Shown one piece after another: positions 46,525 through 56,205 of a stretch of DNA of 64,000 nt. How positions within the stretch are numbered: position 1 is the first letter of the stretch; each line of letters starts with the position of its first letter. Below the pieces are notes generated by a model. It made no database searches. It saw only the letters and a program-made list of their open reading frames with translations, and had not been told where the DNA came from. The position numbers were made by a program, and so were the translations under genes. Origin of the DNA: Alphaproteobacteria bacterium (GTDB taxonomy: Bacteria; Pseudomonadota; Alphaproteobacteria; MPNO01); contig OZ219865.1 in assembly GCA_964291675.2 (NCBI GenBank), positions 576,001-640,000 of the forward strand. The letters are read 5' to 3'.

Positions 46525-48240
46525 TCAGAATTTGTGGAACTCGGCCCACTCGGCCGAGCGGTAGTGGTTTTCCCAGCCGTCGACATGGACGTCGATGACG
46601 CTGGTCACGCCCGAGGCGGCGGCGCGTTCGAGCGCGGGCTCCAGCTCGTCGGGGCGCTCGACCTTCTCGCCGCGCGCGCCATAGGCCTCGGCGAGCCCGA
46701 CAAGGTCGGTCTGGCCGTAATCGGAGCCGATCTGCCGTCCGCCATAGACGTTTTGCTGGAACACGCGGAGCGCGCCGTAGCTGCAATCGTTGTAGACCAC
46801 GACGATCACCGGCAGGTTCTCCCGCACCGAGGTCTCGATCTCCTGCGCGTTCATGCCGAAATCGCCGTCGCCGATCGGCACCACCACCTGGCGTCCCGGC
46901 CGGGCGAGCTTGGCGCCGAGCGCGGCGGGGAAGGCCCAGGCCATGGTGCCTGAGCCCGCCGCCCACTGGTACTGGTCGGGGTAGCGGATGGGCAGGGCAT
47001 GGGCGAACTGGGTGTGCAGCCCGGCGCCGATCAGGAACAGCGCGTCGCGGTCGCAGACCGCCTCCAGCGCCCGCGTGATGCGCTGCGGCTTGATCGGCAC
47101 CGCGTCGAGCTCGGTGTCGTAGTAGCGCCGGTCCTGGTCCGCCCTGAGCTCGGCGACGCGGGCTTCGCGCGCCTGCCGCAGCGAGGCGCCGGCTTCGATA
47201 TCCCGGGCTTCGCAGTAGTCCAGCAGGTCGTGCAGGAAGGCGCCGGAGCAGGCGTGGATGCCGAGCGCGACCGCGTATTGCCGGCCGATCTCGATCGGGT
47301 CGGTCTCCACCTGGACGATCTTCGCGTCCGCCGCGATCGTCTGCCAGTTGATGGTATTCACGTTGAGGAAGCGCGAGCCGAGACCCAGCACCCGATCGGC
47401 CTCGCGCATCAGCGCGTTGGCCGTCGAATGGCCGAAATGGCCGGCGATGCCGCCCGCAAGCGCGTGGTCTTCGGGGATCGCGCCGCGCCCCATCTCGGTG
47501 GTGGCGACCGGGATGGCGAGGCGTTCGGCAAGCTCCCGCAGCCGGTCCGAGGCGCCGGCCCATTTGACCCCCCTGCCGGCCAGGATCAGCGGCCGCTCGG
47601 CGTCGACGAGCAGCGCCGCGGCCTCCTCGACCGCCCAGGCCTCGGGCCTGGGCGCGTTGGCGAGGCGCCGCGAATGGGCGCCGCCCCGGAGCGACAGGTC
47701 GGCCGAGTCGACCGCGACCGGCTGCGCCAGCAGGTCCTTGGGAAAGTCGAGATGGACCGGCCCCGGCATGCCCGACTTGGCGGCCTGGAACGCGGTCCGC
47801 ATCAGGCGCCTCGTGTCCTTGGCCTCGATGAGCTGGTCGTTCCACTTGGTGACCTTGCCCATCACCCCCATGACGTCGAACTCGTGCCACAGATTGCGGT
47901 TGAGCCGGAAGGTGTCGAGATTGGCCGACATCGCCAGAAGCGGCACCGCGTCCTTCTGCGCCGACCAGACGCCGAGCACGGTGTTGGAGATGCTCGGCCC
48001 GACATGGAACAGGCAGCAGCCGATCCTGCCGGTCACCCGCGAGTAGCCGTCGGCCATCGCCGTCGCGCCGGTCTCGAAGCGCGCGGTGATGTAGCGGATC
48101 TCGTTCTCGCGGTGATAGATCGCATCGAGGATCGGCAGCACCGTGTCGCCGGTCACGCCGAACACGTACTCGACGCCCTCTTCGACCAGCGCATCGACGA
48201 TCGCCTCCGCCGCGGTCTCGGCATTCGGACGGGCCGCCAT
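46525..48240 (-). CDS. Thiamine pyrophosphate-dependent enzyme (acetolactate synthase-like)
   Basis: RFETGATAMADGY, GPVHLDFPKD, GDGDFGM...YND. Confidence 0.9.
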   Translation of the reverse strand: MAARPNAETAAEAIVDALVEEGVEYVFGVTGDTVLPILDAIYHRENEIRYITARFETGATAMADGYSRVTGRIGCCLFHVGPSISNTVLGVWSAQKDAVPLLAMSANLDTFRLNRNLWHEFDVMGVMGKVTKWNDQLIEAKDTRRLMRTAFQAAKSGMPGPVHLDFPKDLLAQPVAVDSADLSLRGGAHSRRLANAPRPEAWAVEEAAALLVDAERPLILAGRGVKWAGASDRLRELAERLAIPVATTEMGRGAIPEDHALAGGIAGHFGHSTANALMREADRVLGLGSRFLNVNTINWQTIAADAKIVQVETDPIEIGRQYAVALGIHACSGAFLHDLLDYCEARDIEAGASLRQAREARVAELRADQDRRYYDTELDAVPIKPQRITRALEAVCDRDALFLIGAGLHTQFAHALPIRYPDQYQWAAGSGTMAWAFPAALGAKLARPGRQVVVPIGDGDFGMNAQEIETSVRENLPVIVVVYNDCSYGALRVFQQNVYGGRQIGSDYGQTDLVGLAEAYGARGEKVERPDELEPALERAAASGVTSVIDVHVDGWENHYRSAEWAEFHKF

Positions 48241-48343
48241 CGCCTCCCCTGCCCTGCTTCGGGTCAAGCATATCGTTCCGCCCGGGCCGTTGCACGCCAC
48301 GCGCGGCGGCCGATAATCGCCGCACAACGACGGGAGAACGGCG

Positions 48344-49780
48344 ATGGCGGAAGTGGCCCTGCTGGATTCGTGGATCGACGGCCGCGAAGACCCGCGCGAC
48401 GACCAGGCGCGCTACGAGCTGATATCGCCGGTGGACGGCAGCGTCGCATCGCGAATCGTCGATTCCGATGCCGCACTGGTCGATTCGGCGGTCGCGAGCG
48501 CGCTGGCTGCGTTCCGCGCGCACCGCGCCACGCCGGCGGCGACCCGCGCGGCGTGGCTCGCCGATGCCGCGGACGAGATCGAGGCGGAGAAGCAGGCGAT
48601 CGTGGCCGCGCTGATCCGCGACATCGGCAAGCCGGTCCGCCCCGCGACCTTCGAGGCCGGGCGGTCCGCCGCCTTCGTGCGCATGGTCGCGGCCGAGATC
48701 GGCGCGCTCAGGGGCGAGACCCTGCCGCTCGACATCGCCGCCCAGGGCGCCGGGCGGCACGGCTTCACCCGGCGGGTCCCATATGGCGTGGTGGGCGCGA
48801 TCACGCCGTTCAACGCGCCGGCCAATCTGCTGGTCCAGAAGGTCGCGCCGGCGCTCGCCATGGGCAACGCGGTCGTCGTCAAGCCGGCGCCGCAGGGGGT
48901 CGAGACGGCGCTGATCGTCGCCCGCGCGTTCCAGCGGGCCGGGCTGCCGGACGGGATGTTCAACATCGTGCCGGGCAACCGGGAGACCGCGCGGGCGCTG
49001 GCGGCCCACCCGGATGTCTCGGCGGTGACGTTCACCGGCGGCACCGCGGCGGGCGATGCGCTGGCCCGCGCCGCGGGCGCCAAGAAGTTCGTCGCCGAGC
49101 TCGGCTCGAACGCCGCCAACATCGTCTGCGCCGACGCCGATCTCGACGACGCGGCGACGCGGATCGCCGGCTCCGCCTTCGAGGCGTCGGGCCAGCAATG
49201 CATCTCGGCCCAGCGGGTCATCGTCGACCGGGAAGTCGTCGACGGATTCCTGAAAAAATTCGTCGTTGCGGCAAGGGCACTCGTCGTCGGCGAGGCCGCG
49301 GACGAGGCCACCGCGGTCGGGCCGATGGTCAGCACCGCCGCAGCCGACCGGGTCCAGTCGATGATCGACGATGCGGTCGAGCGCGGCGCGGCGCTCGCCC
49401 TCGCGCCCACCCGCGAGCACGCGATCCTGGGCCCCGCGATCGTGGTCGATCCGCCGCGCGAGGCGAGGCTGATGTCGGAAGAGGCGTTCGGCCCGGTCGC
49501 CGTCGTCATCCCGGCGGACGGGGTGGAGGACGCGCTCGCCATCGCCAACGATTCGGAGTTCGGGCTCCAGGGCGCCTGCTTCACCCGCGACCTTGCCACC
49601 GCCTTCCGGGTCGCCGACGAGCTCGACGTGGGCTCGCTCTGGATCAACGAGGGCAGCCGCTTCCGGCTCGACACCTACCCGTTCGGCGGGTCCAGGCGCT
49701 CGGGCTTCGGCCGCGAGGGCGTGCGCTACGCGATGGAGGAGCTGTCGCAGCTCAAATTCGTCGGCATACGCCTGCCTTGA
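48344..49780 (+). CDS. Aldehyde dehydrogenase
   Basis: ITPFNAP, FTGG, ELGSN, GQQCIS, EEAFGP, PFGG. Confidence 0.93.
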   Translation: MAEVALLDSWIDGREDPRDDQARYELISPVDGSVASRIVDSDAALVDSAVASALAAFRAHRATPAATRAAWLADAADEIEAEKQAIVAALIRDIGKPVRPATFEAGRSAAFVRMVAAEIGALRGETLPLDIAAQGAGRHGFTRRVPYGVVGAITPFNAPANLLVQKVAPALAMGNAVVVKPAPQGVETALIVARAFQRAGLPDGMFNIVPGNRETARALAAHPDVSAVTFTGGTAAGDALARAAGAKKFVAELGSNAANIVCADADLDDAATRIAGSAFEASGQQCISAQRVIVDREVVDGFLKKFVVAARALVVGEAADEATAVGPMVSTAAADRVQSMIDDAVERGAALALAPTREHAILGPAIVVDPPREARLMSEEAFGPVAVVIPADGVEDALAIANDSEFGLQGACFTRDLATAFRVADELDVGSLWINEGSRFRLDTYPFGGSRRSGFGREGVRYAMEELSQLKFVGIRLP

Positions 49781-49789
49781 CCGGGGCCG

Positions 49790-50005
49790 CTATTCGGCGG
49801 GCATGACGGATCCCGCCTGACGCACGAAGAGAGCCTCGATGGAATCGAATCTACCCTTGAGTTCGGAGAGCTCTCGGCCCAGGGCCTGATGATCCTTCGC
49901 CAGATCGTCGACCTTGCCTTCGACGCGCCGAAGATCGCTCCGCAGCCAAAGGAAGCCAACAATCAGAAGGAGCGGAGTACCGTACTGTGCCAGCAACAGG
50001 GCCAT
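49790..50005 (-). CDS. Small protein: N-terminal TM helix plus coiled coil
   Basis: TPLLLIVGFLWL then LRRVEGKVDDLAKDHQALGRELSELKGRFD. Confidence 0.6.
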   Translation of the reverse strand: MALLLAQYGTPLLLIVGFLWLRSDLRRVEGKVDDLAKDHQALGRELSELKGRFDSIEALFVRQAGSVMPAE

Positions 50006-50232
50006 GGGCGATGATGTCTCCTATGCACCGGTCTTGGCCACTATATGGGGAGCGAGCCGTATTTCAACTACAAGAGGTATTTTCCACCATATGGGGGCTG
50101 AGCGGATCGTGAGCCTGACGGAGTCCTGCGAGAAAAGTCGGGCAAACTGGGGCGCACCTCGCGCATCCGCCGGTGAGAAACGCGGCTCCGCTATGCTATA
50201 GTCCGACGACGGGAACACGGGAGAGAACGGCG

Positions 50233-51471
50233 ATGACCGAACGGACAGACGGCGTCAGGGAATTCGACATCAAGGAGTTCGACCGCGCCACCTCGACCTC
50301 GGACGTGCTCGCCCATGCGGAGCGCCATAGGAAGGAGCGCGGGCTCGACGACGTGCTGGTCATCGACGTGGATGCGCACCACTTCGAGAGCAGCTCGTGG
50401 GCGCGGATCGTCGAGTACATCGAGGATCCGGTCATGCGCCACATGGCGCAGGCCTTCGAACGGCCGGACGGCAGCAACCCGGGCGGGCTCCTGAACGCCC
50501 AGCCGGGGCTCAACTTCCAGAACGTCGCCGGCCGCATCCAGCATGCCGGCGGCACGCGCCTGGAGGAGATCGAGGACGACAGCGTCCATCGCGATGTCGT
50601 CATGGCGCAGCGCTCGATGGACGCGCTCGGCATCGACTACCAGGTGATGTTCCCGACGCCGATGCTGCAGCTCGGCCTCCACCCCAACCCGCAGATGGAG
50701 GTCGAGCTCGCCTTCGCCTACAACCGCTGGCTGACGCAGGAGGTGCTCACCGGCGACGAGCGCGTGACGACGATGGTCTACCTGCCGTTCTGCGACGCCG
50801 ACGCGTCGCTGAAGACGGTCGAGGAGTTCGCCGGCAAGCCCGGCGTGGTCGGCTTCAACATCACCTCGGTGCGGCACAAGCCGGTGCACCACAACCAGTA
50901 CATGAAGGTCTATGCGGCGATCCAGGAGACCGGGCTGCCGCTCGGCTTCCATGCCGGGCCGACCTGGCATGACGAGTGGACCAGCCAGATCGACCGCTTC
51001 ATCGGCGTGCACGCGATCTCGTTCGTGCTGTGCAACATGGTGCACATGACCAACTGGGTGCTGGAGGGTCTGCCGGAACGGTTCCCCGAGCTCCCGGTGA
51101 TCTGGATCGAGAGCGGGCTCGCCTGGGTGCCGTTCATGATGCAGCGGCTCGACAGCGAGTACTTCATGCGGTCGTCGGAGGCGCCGCTGCTCAAGCGCGC
51201 GCCGAGCGAGTACATCCGCGAGATGTACTACACCTGCCAGCCGATGGAGAGCCGCGACCAGAGGCTGCTGCGCTCCACCTTCGAGGCGATCGACGCCGAG
51301 ACCCAGCTGCTCTACGCCTCCGACTGGCCGCACTGGGACTTCGATTCGCCGAGCGTGATCTGGGACCTCCCGTTCCTCGACGAGACGGCCAAGCGGAACA
51401 TTCTGGGCGGCAACGCCAACCGGCTGTTCAACCTCGCGCCGCAGATCGGGGCCCGCGCCGCCGCCGAGTAA
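50233..51471 (+). CDS. Amidohydrolase_2 family protein
   Basis: DVDAHH, AYNRWL, ERFPEL..IESG, YASDWPHWD. Confidence 0.88.
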   Translation: MTERTDGVREFDIKEFDRATSTSDVLAHAERHRKERGLDDVLVIDVDAHHFESSSWARIVEYIEDPVMRHMAQAFERPDGSNPGGLLNAQPGLNFQNVAGRIQHAGGTRLEEIEDDSVHRDVVMAQRSMDALGIDYQVMFPTPMLQLGLHPNPQMEVELAFAYNRWLTQEVLTGDERVTTMVYLPFCDADASLKTVEEFAGKPGVVGFNITSVRHKPVHHNQYMKVYAAIQETGLPLGFHAGPTWHDEWTSQIDRFIGVHAISFVLCNMVHMTNWVLEGLPERFPELPVIWIESGLAWVPFMMQRLDSEYFMRSSEAPLLKRAPSEYIREMYYTCQPMESRDQRLLRSTFEAIDAETQLLYASDWPHWDFDSPSVIWDLPFLDETAKRNILGGNANRLFNLAPQIGARAAAE

Positions 51472-51482
51472 GCCGACGCCGC

Positions 51483-52952
51483 ATGTCCGAGCAGGGGGCC
51501 AGACCGCACCCGGTGCGCCCGAACCGGGGCTACGAAGACCTGCGCGAGCTGATCTCGATCTTCGAGGAGATGGGCGAGATCGAGCGCGTGGACGGCGCGG
51601 ACTGGAAGTTCGAGGTGGGCGCCGTCGCCGAGACCACCGCCGCGGCGAGGCCGGGTCGCGCGCCCGCCATCCTGTTCGACAACATCCGCGGCTACCCGGA
51701 AGGCTTCCGCATCATGTCGGGCGGCGCCAACGCCTTCCGCCGGCTCGCCGTGGTGCTGGGGCTCGACGAGCCGCGCCACGAGCTCGACCTGGTCAACGCG
51801 TACCGGGTCCGGATGCGCGAGGAGTTCGAGTCCATCCCCCCGGTCGAGGTGGCGACGGGGCCGGTGCTGGAGAACGTGCTGCGGGGCGAGGATATCGACG
51901 TGCTCAAGTTCCCCGTCCCCTTTGTGCACGAGCTCGACGGCGGGCGCTATATCGGCACCGAAGACCTGGTCGTCATGCGCGACCCCGATACCGGCTGGGT
52001 CAACAGCGCCACCTACCGGGTGATGGTGCATGACGCGAAGACGGTGGCGATCTGGATGTCGCCCGGCAAGCACGGACGCTTCATCAGCGAGAAATATTTC
52101 GACAAGGGCGAGCCCTGCCCGGTGCTGATCTGCTGCGGCCAGGACCCGCTCTTGTTCCTGACCGCGCATCAGGAGATCGACATCGGCACCGACGAGCTCG
52201 CCTATGCCGGGGGCTTGCGCGGGCGCGCGATCCCGGTGGTGAAGAGCGAGGTGCACGGCCTGCCGATACCGGCCCATGCCGAGGTCGCGATCGAGGGCGT
52301 GATGCTGCCTGGCGAGACCCGCGAGGAAGGCCCGTTCGGCGAGTTCATGGGCTATTACGCCTCGAACGCCAGCGAACAGCCGGTCGTGCGCGTCGAGCGC
52401 ATCTATCACCGCGACGACCCGATCCTGACGCTCGCCATCCCGTCCCGCCCGCCGGAAAACTTCACCTTCGCGCGCGCGACCGTGAAGTCGGCGATGATCT
52501 GGGAGGAGATCGAGAAGGCGGGGCTGCCGGGCGTTCAGGGCGTGTGGTGCCACGAGGCCGGCGCCGGGCGGCTGTTCAACGTGGTGGCGATCAGGCAGAT
52601 GTATCCCGGCCATGCGAGCCAGGCGGCGATGCTCGCCGCCAACTGCCATGCCGGCAACTATGCCGGGCGCTGGGTGGTGGTGGTGGACGAGGACATCGAC
52701 CCGTCCAACATGTTCGACGTGGTCTGGGCGATGTCGACACGCTGCGACCCGCCGGAGGACATCCAGTACATCAAGCGCGCCTGGTCGACCCCGCTCGACC
52801 CGCTGCTGCGCGAGCCGCCCTTCCACAACAACCGCGCCATCGTGGATGCCTGCCGCCCGTTCGGCTGGAAGGACGAGTTCCCGAAGGTCGCCGAGGCGAG
52901 CCCCGAGCTAAAGGACCGGGTGCGCGCCAGGTGGCCGCATCTCTACGAGTGA
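51483..52952 (+). CDS. UbiD-family (prFMN) decarboxylase
   Basis: DLRE.I, DGGRYI, YRVMV, EGPFGEFMGY, VVVDEDIDP...V.WAMSTR. Confidence 0.92.
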   Translation: MSEQGARPHPVRPNRGYEDLRELISIFEEMGEIERVDGADWKFEVGAVAETTAAARPGRAPAILFDNIRGYPEGFRIMSGGANAFRRLAVVLGLDEPRHELDLVNAYRVRMREEFESIPPVEVATGPVLENVLRGEDIDVLKFPVPFVHELDGGRYIGTEDLVVMRDPDTGWVNSATYRVMVHDAKTVAIWMSPGKHGRFISEKYFDKGEPCPVLICCGQDPLLFLTAHQEIDIGTDELAYAGGLRGRAIPVVKSEVHGLPIPAHAEVAIEGVMLPGETREEGPFGEFMGYYASNASEQPVVRVERIYHRDDPILTLAIPSRPPENFTFARATVKSAMIWEEIEKAGLPGVQGVWCHEAGAGRLFNVVAIRQMYPGHASQAAMLAANCHAGNYAGRWVVVVDEDIDPSNMFDVVWAMSTRCDPPEDIQYIKRAWSTPLDPLLREPPFHNNRAIVDACRPFGWKDEFPKVAEASPELKDRVRARWPHLYE

Positions 52953-52967
52953 GCGCGGGCGTCCCGC

Positions 52968-54017
52968 TCAGGCGAACTGCGGCAACACCTTCTCGCCGAA
53001 CAGCCGCATCGAGCTCTCGGCCGCCTCGGCCGGGAGATGGCCGAAATTGATCTGCATCGAGGCGACCTCGAACTCGACCTTGTCCCGGTAGCTGCGGATC
53101 TGGTCGACGACCTGTTCGGGCGTCCCCACCCAGGCCGCCCCCGATTCGACCTGGGTCTCGAAGGATTCCTTCAGCAGCGCCTGGTACATCTTGTCGTAGC
53201 CCGGGTAGTCCCTGCTCGCCGCGCCCTCGACCCAGGGCCGGGCCGAATCGAGGATCGCCTGGAGGTAGCGGTTGACCGGATCGCGGGCGATCTCGACCGC
53301 CTTGGCCGCGTCCTCGTGGCAGAACATGTGGAAGGCGAGCATCACCTTGCCGTTCCCGGGGTGGCCGGCCGACCGCCAGGCTTCGCGATAGACCCCGAGA
53401 AGGTCGAGCATCTTGGAGGAGATCAGCGGGATCGCCATGATGTAGTTGCCCTGCTCGCCCGCCTTGACGAAGGATGAGGGTGTCGTCGTCGTCGCCGTCC
53501 AGATCGGCGGGCGCGGCTTCTGCGTCGGGCGCGGCAGCGAGGTGACGTTCTCGAAGCTGTGGAAACGGCCCTCGCAGGTGACGTCTTCCTCCTCGAGGAG
53601 GAGGCGGATCTGCGCCGATCCCTCGTCGAACCGGGCGACGCTCTCGTCGAGGCTGACGCCGAATTTCTCGAACTCGTGCGGCAGGAAGGCGCGCGCCATG
53701 CCGAGGTCGAGCCGGCCGCCGGAGATCGCATCCAGCATGCCCGCCTCGCCGGCGATCTTGAGCGGGTGGTTGAACACCGGCAGCACGGCACCGGTCACAA
53801 TGCGCGCCTTCTTCGTCCGCTGGCTGGCGGCGCTCAGGAACACCATCGGCGCCGGGCTGTAGCCGCCATAGGCGAGGAAGTAATGCTCGACCGTGCGGAC
53901 ATGGCTGTAGCCGTAGACGTCGACCAGGTCGCAGAGCGACAGGCATTCGGAGAAATACTGGGCGCCGGACTTGGTCTCCGGCCCGACGGACGGAAAGAAT
54001 TGAACGCCGAATTCCAT
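52968..54017 (-). CDS. Luciferase-like (LLM) flavin monooxygenase
   Basis: EHYF..YGG, HPLKIA, LDAISGGRLDLG, P.P.QKP.PP. Confidence 0.9.
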   Translation of the reverse strand: MEFGVQFFPSVGPETKSGAQYFSECLSLCDLVDVYGYSHVRTVEHYFLAYGGYSPAPMVFLSAASQRTKKARIVTGAVLPVFNHPLKIAGEAGMLDAISGGRLDLGMARAFLPHEFEKFGVSLDESVARFDEGSAQIRLLLEEEDVTCEGRFHSFENVTSLPRPTQKPRPPIWTATTTTPSSFVKAGEQGNYIMAIPLISSKMLDLLGVYREAWRSAGHPGNGKVMLAFHMFCHEDAAKAVEIARDPVNRYLQAILDSARPWVEGAASRDYPGYDKMYQALLKESFETQVESGAAWVGTPEQVVDQIRSYRDKVEFEVASMQINFGHLPAEAAESSMRLFGEKVLPQFA

Positions 54018-54135
54018 GGCCGCTCCCCTCGCTGACGCGCAATGCTACCTGCTGGCAAGGCCCGCGATCAATTCGACCGCGCCCGCCCCCGCGCCTATGA
54101 TCCGGCGGCTTTCCTGACCCGGCGATCCATCCCCG

Positions 54136-56205
54136 ATGAGCTACACGATCGGCATCGATGTCGGCGGCACCTTTACCGACTTCTACCTGATGGTCGCGGG
54201 CGGGTCGGATCGAATGCACAAGACGCCATCGACGCCGGACGATCCGACCGAAGCGGTGATGCGGGGGCTCGCCGAGCTGGCGGAGAGCGAAGGCCACGCC
54301 CTCGAAACCCTGCTGGCCGGAACAATCCGCATCGTCCACGGCACCACGGTGACCACCAACGCCGTGCTCACCGGAAGATGGGCGAAGACCGGGCTGCTGG
54401 CGACCGCCGGCTTTCGCGACGCGCTGGCGATGCGCCGGGGCATACGCGAGCGGCTCTACGACAACAAGTATGCGGCTCCCAAACCCGTGGTCCCGCGCCG
54501 CCTCCGCCTGCCTGTAGGCGAGCGCATCGACCGGACGGGCGCGGTGCTGCGGCCGATCGAGCTGGACGACGTCGACCGCGCGGCCGCGATCTTCGCCCGC
54601 GAAGACGTCGAGGCGGTAGCCGTGTGCTTCCTCCACGCCTACGCCAACGACGCCCACGAACGGGCCGCGCTGGAACGGCTGCGCGAATGCCTGCCGGAGG
54701 CCCATGTCACTGCGTCGTGCGATATCCTGCCCGAGCTGCGCTACTACGAACGGACCTCGACCACGGTGCTGGCGGCGGCCGTCGGGCCCATCTTCGGACG
54801 CTACATCGCCCGCCTGACGGAACGCCTCGGAAAATCCGGCTTCGGCGGGCCGTTGGCGATCATGCAGTCGAATGGCGGCGTCGCTACGCCCGAACGCGCT
54901 TCCGCCAACGCGGCAACGACGCTGCTGTCAGGGCCCGCCGCGGCGCCCGCCGCCAGTCTCGCCGTGCTGGCGCCGCGCGGCGAAGACAGCTTCATCGCCA
55001 TCGACATGGGCGGCACCAGCTTCGAAGCCTCGCTGGTGCGGGGCGGCGCGCCGGCGGTGACCCGCGGTGCCACGGTCAACCGCTTCGCCATGGCGCTCCC
55101 CGCCATGGACATCAAGACCGTCGGCGCCGGCGGCGGGTCGATCGGCTGGATCGACGGCGGCGGGTTGCTCCGCATGGGGCCGGCGAGCGCCGGCGCCATG
55201 CCCGGGCCCGCCTGCTACGGTTTCGGCGGAACGAAACCTACCTGCTCGGACGCCAACCTGCTGCTCGGCTATCTCGCGGCGGAGAGTTTCGCGGGCGGGC
55301 GCATGACGCTCGATGCGGACGCTGCAAGGCAGGCGATCGAGCGCGAGATCGCCCGCCCGCTCGGCGTCTGTGCGATCACCGCCGCCGCGGGCATGTACCG
55401 CGTCATGACCGTCGGCATGGCGTCGGCCATAAGGGAGGTCTCCGTCGAACGCGGGCTGGATGCGCGCGACTTTCCGCTGGTCTGCGCCGGCGGCGCGGGC
55501 GCCATCCATGCGGCGGCGATCGCGCGCGAGCTGGGGATCGCCCGTATCGTGGTACCGCGCATCGCCTCGGTGCTGTGCGCGGCGGGGATGCTGGCGACCG
55601 ATCTGCGGCGCGATTTCGTGCGCTCCCTGCCCGGCCGCTTCGCGGCGGGGGAAACCGGTTTGGACCGGCTCCGCCGCGTGGCCGATGCGATGGCGCAGGA
55701 AGCGCATGCGGCGCTCTCGGCCGACAACGTCCCGCGCGACCGCCACCGGCTCGAATTCGCCCTCGACCTCCGCTATGCTGGCCAGTACCACGAGGTCGAA
55801 GTGCCCGCCGCCGATCCCGCGATGCTGACCGATATCGGGGCGATGACCGACGCCTTCCACGAGTCCCATGACCGGCTGTACGGCTATGCGCTGGCGGGGG
55901 AGGACACGCCGGTCGAGCTGGTCAATGTCAGGCTCGCGGCCTACGGCGTCACCGACAAGTCGGCACCGAAGCCGGTCCCCGACCGCCGGACGCCGCCGCG
56001 GCAGCGTTCCCGCGATGTCCGCCTCCCCGGCCGCGAGAGCTTCGAGGAGGTCGCGGTCCATGACGGCGAGACCCTTCCCGCCGGGTTTCGCGGCGCCGGG
56101 CCGATGATCGTCGAGACGCCGCTCACCACGGCGCTGGTGCCGCCCGGTTTCGACCTGGAAGTCGATCCCTTCGGGTCGCTGATCCTGACGGATACAGAGG
56201 CATGA
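54136..56205 (+). CDS. Hydantoinase A/5-oxoprolinase family subunit
   Basis: DVGGTFTD, HGTTVTTN, SGPAA, DMGGTS, GAGGGS, RYAGQ. Confidence 0.92.
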   Translation: MSYTIGIDVGGTFTDFYLMVAGGSDRMHKTPSTPDDPTEAVMRGLAELAESEGHALETLLAGTIRIVHGTTVTTNAVLTGRWAKTGLLATAGFRDALAMRRGIRERLYDNKYAAPKPVVPRRLRLPVGERIDRTGAVLRPIELDDVDRAAAIFAREDVEAVAVCFLHAYANDAHERAALERLRECLPEAHVTASCDILPELRYYERTSTTVLAAAVGPIFGRYIARLTERLGKSGFGGPLAIMQSNGGVATPERASANAATTLLSGPAAAPAASLAVLAPRGEDSFIAIDMGGTSFEASLVRGGAPAVTRGATVNRFAMALPAMDIKTVGAGGGSIGWIDGGGLLRMGPASAGAMPGPACYGFGGTKPTCSDANLLLGYLAAESFAGGRMTLDADAARQAIEREIARPLGVCAITAAAGMYRVMTVGMASAIREVSVERGLDARDFPLVCAGGAGAIHAAAIARELGIARIVVPRIASVLCAAGMLATDLRRDFVRSLPGRFAAGETGLDRLRRVADAMAQEAHAALSADNVPRDRHRLEFALDLRYAGQYHEVEVPAADPAMLTDIGAMTDAFHESHDRLYGYALAGEDTPVELVNVRLAAYGVTDKSAPKPVPDRRTPPRQRSRDVRLPGRESFEEVAVHDGETLPAGFRGAGPMIVETPLTTALVPPGFDLEVDPFGSLILTDTEA

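Noticed and set aside
45167-49420. 1417-aa ORF and other very long ORFs (26836-30027, 43520-46564, 46999-49806)
   Set aside because: Arg/Gly/Ala-rich shadow frames of high-GC genes; only the MmgE/PrpD 3' part of the first is credible.
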